Origin: Eledone cirrhosa
Taxonomy: Eukaryota
DNA: 64,000 bases
NCBI GenBank assembly: GCA_964016885.1
Contig: OZ024756.1
Span: 372,001 to 436,000 of the forward strand
Direction of reading: 5' to 3'
The notes beneath the pieces were generated by a model, which was given only the letters and a program-made list of their open reading frames with translations, made no database searches and was not told the DNA's origin. Positions within the stretch are counted from its first letter, which is position 1, and each line of letters opens with the position of its first letter. This document shows positions 12,549 to 22,910 of the stretch, piece by piece. The translations under genes were made by a program, and so were the position numbers.

Positions 12549-14183
12549 TGGGGATAGTTTCTGAGATGCTGAAGGCATCAGGGGACATAGGTACTAAACT
12601 GGTTGCACGTATCATCAATCAGGCTATATATAGTGGTGTCATACCCAAAGACTGGTGCAGCAGTATTCTCATAAATTGCTACAAAGGTAAAGGGGATGCT
12701 CTGGAGAGGAGCAATTATAGGGGTATAAACTGATGGATCAAGTTATGAAAGTGGCAGAACGGATATTAGCATAACTAATTAAAGAAAGGGACAAACTAGA
12801 TGAGATGCAGTTTGGTTTTGTGCCTGGGAAGAGTACAACAGATGCCTTCTTCTTGGTGAGACAATTACAAGAGAGGTTGTTAGAGAAGAATAAGCCACTA
12901 TACTTAGCCTTTGTTGACCTAGAGAAGGCCTTTGATAGGGTACCCCGATCTGTCATCTGGTGGTCCCTAAGAAAACTAGATGTTGAGGAATGGGTTGTGA
13001 GGACAGTGCAAACTTTGTACAGAGGTACTGTCAGTACAGTAAGGGTAGGAATGGAGTTTAGTGAGGAATTCCAGATACAAGTAGGAGTACATCAAGGTTC
13101 GGTCCTCAGCCCGCTCTTGTTCATTATAGTCCTCCAAGCCATAACAGAGGAGTTTAAGACTGGCTGTCCATGGGAACTTCTCTATGCTGATGATCTGGTT
13201 CTTATAGCAGAATCAATAGAGCTAGAGAATAAATTATGGCTATGGAAACAGCAGTTGGAAACAAGAGGACTGAGAATAAACCTAGCTAAGACAAAAGTGT
13301 TGATGAGTAGAAAAGAGGACAAAACTCTGATTCCATCAGGGAAATGGCCATGTTCAATATGCAGAAAAGGAACTGGCATAAATTCTATAAAATGCACACA
13401 ATGCAGATCCTGGGTACACAAGAGATGTAGTGGGATAGCAGGCAAACTAACAGGTAGGGAGAAATACGTATGCAGTAGATGTACAGGGAAATTAGACAGT
13501 AGAAGTCACATTGATAGACACATTTTTCAAATGCAGGCGGGTGCTATAGAAGTGGTGGATAGCTTCCGGTACCTAGGAGATCAGATTAGCATGGGAGGGG
13601 GGTGGCTGTTCCGAGGCCATAGTATCTAGAATAAGGATGGGTTGGAAGAAGTTTCGGGAGCTGCTTCCTCTGCTGACGAAGAAGGGTTTCTTCCTGCGTA
13701 CGAAAGGCTGGTTATATGATGCCTACGTGAGGAGCGCGATGCTGCATGGTAGTGAGACATGGGCAGCAACTGCAGAGGATATGCGACGACTGGAGAGAAA
13801 TGAGGCAAGCATGCTCTGTTGAATGTACAGTGTCAATGTGCGTGAACGACCCAGCATGAATGTGTTGAGAGAGAAACTGTGTTTGAGAGGGATAGAATGT
13901 AGTGTGCGAGAGAGGAGACTGAGGTGGTATGGACATGTGATGCGCATGGGGGATGACCGATGGGTGAAGAAGTGCCAGGAAATGCCAGTTGAAGGAAGAC
14001 GTGGTAGAGGTAGACCACGAAAAACATGGGCGGAGGTGGTGAGAACAGACCTCAGATCGCTGAAGCTCACGGTGGAGATGACGAAGGACCGTGACAAGTG
14101 GAGAGATGCTGTGCTGAATAAGACCCGTCCCACCCTTGCAAGCAGGGAAGAGCGGACGTAAAATGATGATGATGATGATGATG
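12549..14183 (+). mobile_element. RTE LINE family B, 5' truncated; RT pseudogene with frameshifts and stops
   Basis: [29 protein letters not shown] and RRLRWYGHV motifs; (GAT)n tail directly after the ORF. Confidence 0.97.
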
Positions 14184-14781
14184 TCAACTAAGTCTAACCA
14201 TTATAACTCCACTGTCAACTAAGTCTAACCATTATAACTCCACTGTCAACAAAGTCTAACCATTATAACTCCACTGTCAACTAAGTCTAACCATTATAAC
14301 TCCACTGTCAACTAAGTCTAACCATTATAACTCCACTGTCAACTAAGTCTAACCATTATAACTCCACTGTCAACTAAGTCTAACCATTATAACTCCACTG
14401 TCAACTAAGTCTAACCATTATAACTCCACTGTCAACACAGTCTAACCATTATAACTCCACTGTCAACAAAGTCTAACCATTATAACTCCACTGTCAACTA
14501 AGTCTAACCATTATAACTCCACTGTCAACTAAGTCTAACCATTATAACTCCACTGTCAACTAAGTCTAACCATTATAACTCCACTGTCAACTAAGTCTAA
14601 CCATTATAACTCCACTGTCAACTAAGTCTAACCATTATAACTCCACTGTCAACTAAGTCTAACCATTAGAACTCCACTGTCAACTAAGTCTAACCATTAA
14701 AACTCCACTGTCAACTAAGTCTAACCATTAGAACTCCACTGTCAACTAAGTCTAACCATTAGAACTCCACTGTCAACTAAG
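14183..14781. repeat. 31-bp minisatellite, about 19 copies (plus about 2 copies at 12490-12548)
   Basis: unit gtcaactaagtctaaccattataactccact. Confidence 0.97.
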
Positions 14782-15429
14782 CAACAGGATAAAATAATGA
14801 GTATAATCAAATCTGCCAGTATGATGAAGTAGTATGTCATAATGAAGACATTTGTGTGACTCATGTTAATTTGTAATTAGTTAATTAATCGAGAGGATGA
14901 AAGGGGTGGGGCTATAAGTTGTATGTGGCAGGGAGCTATACATTGTGGTGGTGGTGGTGGGGCAGCTATACAATATATTTATTGTCTCATCTGACACCCT
15001 ACTACATATTCGTGTTCGCCTATAATCGATCATTTGGAACATAATACAGTTGTTGGTATTACATGACTAGACAATTACAACCCACAACAGTGTAGCAAAC
15101 ACTGATGTAGACAGCTAAATAGTGGGGTAGACAGACAGTGAGGTAGACAGCTAAATAGTGGGGTAGACAGTTAGACAGTGAGGTAGACAGCTAAACAGTG
15201 AGGTCGATAGCTAGACAGTGATGTGTCCACACGTAAAGATACTATAAACATTTGAATTAACAAATCTGTTATGTTTTTTGTTTTTTAAAGATATTTTCAG
15301 TAAAATTATTAGAGGACATTAAGAGTTAATCCCTGACAACCTTTCTGTTGGAAGTCTGTAAGAGTTCAACGTTTAATTCTATTTTTGTTAATTTCCAAAT
15401 GTTATTTTACGTAAGAAACAATGCATTAA

Positions 15430-15580
15430 CCCTTTATCATTTACATTACTCGATATTTACTATTATATTTTCACAGTAAAGGCTTTACCTCATGTAATTA
15501 TCTCACATAGTATCAAACCTATGAGATTTTGATATTTATTTTGAGAACAATACCTTAACATAAGTTTGAGTGACCAGTTA
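15430..15580 (+). mobile_element. MITE M1, partial
   Basis: TTAA-CCCTTT start, homology to 18426. Confidence 0.8.
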
Positions 15581-16396
15581 TCTTTCTCTGGAAGAAATCT
15601 GCTGTACTCAGGCCAGGAGAGGGATGGGCTCTGCCAAGCTTAAATTGCCCTAACGGTGGCAGTAGAGTAGTAGTAGTAATAGTAGTGGTGGTGGAGTAGT
15701 AGTAGTAGTAGTATATTTGACAGTTTTGTGACCATCATTTTCATCATGTCTTTTTGGCATTAGTTGGTCTGTCATTACACTTGAAAATACAAGATCACTC
15801 TGACCTGTCTCGTACCACTTTCCATAGAGACAGGTCGTAGTGACCTTGTTTTACTCATACTTTCCATCATTTCTACCTTTCTAATGCCAAGCCACCTTAC
15901 AGGGTGTACTAGGTGCATTGTTTCCAAGACATCAGCACTACCACTTTACAGAGGGGCTGAGTACATTTTATCATTCTACAGGCTGTATTGAGTGCATTTT
16001 ATCAAGACACTAGTCCTCTCAAACCCTATGTTGTTTCCGTTTGACTTGGATTACCAAACACTGTTGCTTCTGGACTCTCATCATTTTTCTTTTATATGTG
16101 GAGATTATTGAAGGTGGTAGTGGTAGGGGGACTGCAGGTGGTTGCTTGATCAACCAAAATCCACACAAATCATAACACACCATCTTAACCCTTTTTATAT
16201 TAAAACCACCGAAAACCACCTCTTGTTGTATTAAAGAACATAAAATGTTGCCTGGCTCAGAGCCCTTCATGATTGTGACTTCAACATCCTAACCACTAAG
16301 TCATTGGCCTTCACTAAATAAACAACAGTTAGTGGGTCACTACCTCAGAATTTAGATACAAACTGTTATGCTGTTATGTCTTTCTCTGTGTTTCAG

Positions 16397-16435
16397 AATT
16401 CAGTTAAGAAAATTGACTGTTTGGGAGTCACATAG
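16397..16435 (+). CDS. Candidate terminal coding exon (NSVKKIDCLGVT*)
   Basis: strong tctttctctgtgtttcAG acceptor, TAG at 16433-16435, AATAAA at 16517-16522. Confidence 0.4.
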   Translation, partial: NSVKKIDCLGVT

Positions 16436-16739
16436 GATAATCAGACTATTTGGTATGAGAGATCAGAACAGTCAGTCCACAGTACTGTTGATTATTCAGG
16501 AATAATTAATTTATACAATAAAACTTGATTAGAATTGGCCTACCTTTGCTTCATCTGTTTTAGTATGGTAGAATCCAGAGAAAAGTTCAAATAAATAATG
16601 ACCAACTTACCTACAATAGAAAAAAAGTATAAATATAATTTAAATAAGAGGTTGCTGCAATATTACATGAAATTATATATCTCCTCTTTTCCTCTCTCAA
16701 CAACACACAAACATTATATATATATATATATATAATGGA

Positions 16740-18205
16740 AAAATTTGAACAGGAACAAAACAGAGAGGCAGTACAACGAATGTTTATTAATTTCACGCTC
16801 TGGAGAGTGGGGTGGTGGTGGGGAACGACGTTTCGGGCATAAGCCCTTCCTCAGGTGAGAAGTGTGTGGGAACAGAGTTCAAAGGGTGTGTAGGGGAGTG
16901 GTGGAGAGACATATAGCGAAAGGAAACGGTGCGAATGAAATTAAAAATAAAAATAAAAATAAAGCATGATCAAAATACAAGGAATGAAATAAAATTAAAT
17001 ATAAAAGCATGATCAAAATAAACTGAAATTAAAAAGGGGGTAAAACAGGTGGTGGAAGGGTGTGGGGTGTGTAGGGGTGGTGGCGGATGGAGTGGGGAGA
17101 GGGAGACGGGGTGTCCAAGCGGGGAGGGCTGAAGGTGGTGTGTGTGTGTGTATGTGAAAGTAAGGGTTGGGGGAAGAACGGGGTTGCATGTTCAGGAAGA
17201 GGTGTGTGTGGGGGGGTTGTAGGTCGGAGTGTGTGCGTGTTTGGATAGAGGGGTGGGGGGGTTGTAGGTCGGAGTGTCTGTGCGTGTGTGGATAGAGGGG
17301 TGGGGGGGGAGAGGAATCAGGAGGCTGAGGGTGTAAATATGTGGTGGAAAGCATGTGTGTGTGTGGGGTTTAAGCGTGTTGTGGGTGTAGGTGGCGTGTG
17401 GAGAAAAAAAATGTTTTGGGTGTGTGTGTGTGGGTGAGTTATATAGGTGATTCCGTAAGAGGATGGTTGAAAAGTGGGTAAAATCCTATGATGCTTAGTG
17501 GATTCCGTGGTGGTCAAGTTCCACATACGAGTATTCCATGAAGAGATGGTCGGAAGAGGAGAGATCTGGGGTGCGCGCGCAACAGGAAGTGGTCAAGCAG
17601 TGGGAGTGCTGTGTGTCTGTTTGTGCTGGGAGGTGGTCAGAGGGCATAGCAGCAGTCGGTGGAATGGTAAAGGGGCGAGGATGGGTAGGTGTGAAAGTTG
17701 GAGTGAGGAGGGTGTGTGTGTGTATTAGTAGAGGTGTTAGTGGGATGAGTGAGTGTGGAGCGAGGGTATGGGTGGAGTGGGGAGAGAAGGGTGTGTGTAG
17801 TTCTATGGAGGGAGTGTGGTGTACTGGTGTGTGTGTAGTTTGATGAAGGGGGTGTTAGTATACGGGAAGTGGGGAAGGGTTGAATGCAGGTGTGAGTGGG
17901 GGTTAGTGGTGGTAGGGTGTGTAGAGTTGGTGGTGTACGAGGCTGTGTGGGTACGTGTGCGTGTGATAAGGAGGGGGAGGAGAAGAAGAGAGGGATGTTA
18001 GTATGTTAGTTGGGGAAGGGTCGTCGGATGAGGGGTGGAGTGGAGGTGTTAGTATTGTTAGTTGTGGGGTGGGCGGTGAAAAGGAGGGGTGTTTTAGTGG
18101 TGTTAGTGGGGGATAAGTGTGGGGGGGGAGGGGGGCGGTCGAAGGCTAAAGGAATAAGGGTGGGGAGTTCAGGCCGGGGGGAGTGTGGGTCTGTAAGATG
18201 AAGAT
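16740..18205 (-). mobile_element. Penelope-like element remnant
   Basis: hammerhead motif near the 3' end; long C/A-rich strand; minus-strand peptide PVARA..RILPTFQPSSYGI weakly resembles a GIY-YIG C-terminus; TA-repeat flanks. Confidence 0.55.
16825..16857 (-). ncRNA. Minimal Penelope-type hammerhead ribozyme
   Basis: minus strand CTGAGGA-A-GGGC TTAT GCCC-GAAA-CG-TC with palindromic ACGT stem III and GUC site; stem I only 2 bp. Confidence 0.7.
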
Positions 18206-18425
18206 AGTTATATATATATATATATATATACACACACATGCATACTTGCATATAATATACATATATATAAATACATACACACATACATATACATGCATAT
18301 AATATACATACTATTTCTACCACCACTACTACTACAACAACATACCAATGAAATAATCTTGTGGTGGTAAGACAGTCTTAAGAGAGCTGGACAGCAGAAG
18401 ATCTTCAAAGAAGAAACCCTCTTAA

Positions 18426-18672
18426 CCCTTTACCATTCACATTACTCTATATATACTATTATATTTTCATGGTAAAGGCTTTATCTCACATAACATTTAC
18501 ATTACTCCATATATTCTATTATATTTTCATGGTAAATGCTTTATCTCACATATTATCGAATCTATAAGATTTTGAAAGTATTTATTTTGAGAACAATACC
18601 TTAACATCAGTTTGAGTGACCAGTTTCAACAGAAAAAGGTAGAGAATTCTGGCTGGTTTGAACATTAAAGGG
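18426..18672 (+). mobile_element. MITE M1, complete
   Basis: TTAA|CCCTTTA...TAAAGGG|TTAA. Confidence 0.9.
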
Positions 18673-18970
18673 TTAACCGAGTGTTTCAGCCCTTACTTTC
18701 TACACAAACAGAAATAACTATTTTTATTTCTCAAAGAAATGTCGCTGTGGCCTGGTTTCACAAACTTTAATTTCAGTACTTTATTAAGAGTGTATGTATA
18801 CAGGATTAACATAAACTTCCTGTAGCATTAAGCTTAATTGTTTAATTAAGAGAGCAAAATAAAACAACAACAACAACAACAACAAAATAGCAGTCTTTCA
18901 TTCAAAGTATACAGTAATCTCCCTTACACTGACTTTTAATCATAACTGTGTGTGCGTATATATGTGTGTA

Positions 18971-19007
<37 letters not shown>

Positions 19008-19070
19008 GCCAGGTGGTGCTTTTAAGTTAGACATGGCCTGGGCCAAAACTTATCAAAGTCATATATATAT

Positions 19071-19262
19071 AATAAATGTAATCTGAGTTTTTCGAATATT
19101 AATAATAATATACAAATATTAATAATAATTCTTGCTCTTGTGTTGGCAGTTCTATTCACATGCCAACACAAGGACATGGCTATAAAATTGAGGCGTGTTT
19201 GCATAATTGCAAATGAATCGAATGTTATTATTAATATTCGAAAAACTCAGATTACATTTATT
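19071..19262. repeat. Inverted repeat with 38-bp arms enclosing a 12-bp hairpin (19137-19172)
   Basis: 19071-19108 is the reverse complement of 19225-19262. Confidence 0.9.
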
Positions 19263-19302
19263 GTATTCACCCATGTAGAGCAAAAATGTTCTTTATTTAT
19301 AT

Positions 19303-19354
<52 letters not shown>

Positions 19355-19400
19355 AATTAGCTGTCGAAATGGCAAAAGCTCAGCTGTTGGGTTCTGACTC

Positions 19401-19442
<42 letters not shown>

Positions 19443-19538
19443 GTAGAACACTGGAAGGTAATATCCGTAGTGGTAGAGCACTCAGTCCAAAAGGATGAGT
19501 TAAGTAGAAGTGGTTACACAACAGTTAGTTCACCATAC

Positions 19539-19576
19539 CGAGAACAATTGTTTCACCTTAGCGGATCCTCAGCTCG
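19539..19576 (-). ncRNA. Minimal hammerhead candidate
   Basis: CGAG-CTGAGGA-TCCGCTAAGGT-GAAA-CAATTG-TT-CTCG; perfect 4-bp stem I, palindromic stem III, weak stem II. Confidence 0.6.
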
Positions 19577-19630
19577 TAATGGACATGGTTATACGGAACA
19601 GGAAGCTGTTCTGTATAACCATGTCCATTA

Positions 19631-19668
19631 CAAGCTGAGGATCCGCTAAGGTGAAACAATTGTTCTCG
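19631..19668 (+). ncRNA. Mirror copy of the minimal hammerhead (one stem I mismatch)
   Basis: CAAG-CTGAGGA..GAAACAATTGTT-CTCG. Confidence 0.5.
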
Positions 19669-19697
19669 GTATGGTGAACTAACTGTTGTGTAACCAC

Positions 19698-19737
<40 letters not shown>

Positions 19738-20363
19738 TATTTGTTTTCTTTGATAACCTGGTCGAGAGCTTCAATTCAGAGGCTGTGAATTGATTCCTTT
19801 GTTCACACTTCGAATTTGCCCACCAAAATCCCGGATGTGATTCTTCCTCATTCCTTGAGAAAGAACATGTGACCCCTGTTGCTATAGTTGATACTATAGT
19901 ATTCACAGCAGCTACATTGTATCGAGCAGTTGGCACATAGAACAAAATTCCTGTTGATAAAGTGATTCCACGTTGCATCTTGATACAGTACAGACATGCG
20001 TATTGCATAATTTGGATTGTTGATTTATGATTCACAGAAACCAATCAAAGATATTTTATAATATCTATCTACTTGATAAAGATGTCTAACAGACCCAAGG
20101 CCGACAATGCTAACTTATTTTGTTTTTTTTTCGAGGATGCGGTGGGGGTGGAATACTGTGTATCGCCCAGTTGAGGAATCAAACTCATAAGCTCATGATC
20201 GTGAATTCAACTTTCTAACCATTGAGCCATATTATTCTACAATTACAAGAGGATTGAAGTTAATTCCTTCAATTTAAACATTTCTTTGTTTCATCTCTCA
20301 ATAGATTTTAATGGTGGCTTCCTGGTTTGTTTCATAACATCTCTCTACAGGAGGTTTATTGAT

Positions 20364-20680
20364 AGTGGTGGTGGTAACTTTAGTAGAGGTAGTGGTGGTA
20401 CATTTGGTAGTGGTAGTGGTGGTAGCTTTGGAAGTGATGGGGGGGGTGGTAGCTTTGGAAGTGATGGGGGTGGTGGTAGCTTTGGAAGTGGTGGTGGTGG
20501 TAGCTTCGGAAGTGGTGGTGGTGGTAGCTTCGGTAGTGGTGGGGGGGGGGGGTAGCTTTGATGATGGTGGTGGTGGTAGCTTTGGAAGTGATGGTGGTGG
20601 TTGTAGCTTTGGAAGTGGTGGTGGTGGTGGCAGTGGTGGTGACAGCAGTGATGGTAGCTTTGGTAGTGTTGGTAGTGAAT
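20364..20680. repeat. GGT-rich minisatellite (ggtggtagctttggaagt)
   Basis: 24-27 bp units. Confidence 0.85.
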
Positions 20681-20955
20681 ATATATACACACACATGAAT
20701 ATGTGTGTTACTATGCCATATGGTGGTTATTTTATAGTTGAAAATGAAGTTTCTGTCAATATGTACTCTAATGATCATGTACACACGTGTGTGTGTATGC
20801 ACTTGTATGCGTATCTAATATATATGTGTGTGTGTTGTAACAAAATGTCTTACCAGAAGACTGTAACCAGTATAAGATTACAAGATATATGTACAGATCT
20901 ATACACATATATAAAACATTATATATAACACATGTATATAAAACACGTTATATAT

Positions 20956-21089
20956 AAATAGAAAAAAGTATGACCCCGACGGCAGAGCTCAAGCCGTTTC
21001 GACGGCTATTTCTGGACTAAGAAATAGTCCAGAAATAGCCGTCGAAACGGCTTGAGTTCTGCCATTGGGGGTCTTACTTTTTCCTATTT
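20956..21089. repeat. Fold-back with ~64-bp arms at the end of a Penelope-like fragment (to about 21165)
   Basis: 20956-21019 versus 21025-21089, loop AGAAA. Confidence 0.9.
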
Positions 21090-21309
21090 CCCACTCTACT
21101 ACCCTAAGTATTGAGTACTCTGGTGCGTTATGGTCCATCTGGTTCCTTACCACAATTCCTTTGTTATATATATTCTTCTTTGAGCTAATACTATTATTAT
21201 TATTACAGAACTGCTAATACTATTATTATTATTACAGAACTGCTAATACTATTATTATTATTACAGAACTATTATTATAGAACTGCGGAATACTCTTAAT
21301 TCCGATCTT

Positions 21310-21346
<37 letters not shown>

Positions 21347-21431
21347 TAGTTACAGACATGATCTCGGGGAGAGAGGGGGCAGTAAACTAAAGCTGGAAGG
21401 GCAGGGTGAATAGCATAAACATATATATAAT

Positions 21432-21470
<39 letters not shown>

Positions 21471-21471
21471 A

Positions 21472-21504
<33 letters not shown>

Positions 21505-21505
21505 A

Positions 21506-21539
<34 letters not shown>

Positions 21540-21771
21540 GGTCTTCACAAAAGCTGTTGCTTTGAGAGACTATTTCATACAGCTCCCCACTCCAGCCGCC
21601 TACCTTTTATTCTGTTATCTCACCTGTCTCAAATGATATGCTTCACATCAGGTTGTTGATCCACATTGCAACAAATGTTACAAATAATAAAACCAATATA
21701 TATATATATATTTTTTTTTGTCTCCTTTACGCGTACTTTTAAAGTATATTTGGTTTAACACACACACACAT

Positions 21772-21804
<33 letters not shown>

Positions 21805-22327
21805 GTCAAAGATTTCCCTGAGTCGGTTTTTTTCGTTGTTCTGGTCCTAGCAGCTCGCATTTCGGTCGCTGTCTTCAATTTTCATAGAGTTATAACATTA
21901 CATTTAGACAGCTAAGGTAAAATTCCTTATTGAGTGCTTTTGGCTGCACTTCCCGACTGCATTCGTTAGCTTGCCCGCAACCAGAGCTTTGATTAAGCTG
22001 TACTACCTTCTTATATATATATATATATATATATATATCATCATCATTATCATCATCTCAAAAAGCTGCCAGTATACCCTGTAAGGTGGTTCGCATTAGG
22101 AAAGGAATCCAGCCGTAAAAAAAGAAGCCACAGATCGCATGAGCAAGCCTTGGTCACCTGACTTGTCTGACCTCATAAAGTGACAACCCATGTAATCCAT
22201 GTAAGCATGGAAAATAGAAGTTAAACAGTGATGCCGATGATGATTATATATATATATATAGTTCAAGGAGACAACAAACAGAGGTACAAAATGTCTTATT
22301 AGTTTCACGCTTTATATTAGAAAGAAA

Positions 22328-22365
22328 GTTCGACATGTCGGGCTTAAATCCTTCTTCAGGAGTAC
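22328..22365 (-). ncRNA. Decayed hammerhead of the same family as 16825
   Basis: CTGAAGA-A-GGATTTAAGCCC-GACA-TGTC; flanking tattagtttcacgct matches 16785-16799. Confidence 0.4.
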
Positions 22366-22609
22366 AAACAGTGACAGGATCACAATGGAGAAACAAAGGA
22401 TATCAAATGAACCCCCACCCCTTAAACCGCTGATAGACTACATTGCTTTATGTTGTATATTTAAATCTAAATTTGTTTTTATTGCCTTTTTTAGTGTTTT
22501 TTTATTGTTTAATATTTCTGTTAGAGCAACGTAAAGCTGAGTCAACTGAAATATCATGAGCTTTATTTTTAACAAAATATTTTAAAAATTGCTCTAACTT
22601 CGAAAAAAG

Positions 22610-22640
<31 letters not shown>

Positions 22641-22910
22641 TTCAACAGTCAGTACCTGGTTGTTTAACCCTTTAACATTAAAACCAGCTATACCCGGCCA
22701 GAATTCTCTCTCCTCTTTCTGTTCAAACTAGCTGTAGCCAGCCATTCATACTGATGTTAAGGTATTGTTCTCCAAATAAATAATATAAAAATCTTATAGA
22801 TTCAATATTGCGTGAGATAATTATGTCAAATAAAGCCTTTACTATGAAAATACAATAGTATATATAGAGTGACAGATGGACGGTCGTAAACACAATAGTA
22901 TATATAGAGT

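Larger units (their letters stand above)
19505..19702. repeat. Near-perfect fold-back with 97-bp arms and a 4-nt loop
   Basis: 19505-19601 versus 19606-19702, two mismatches seen. Confidence 0.95.
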
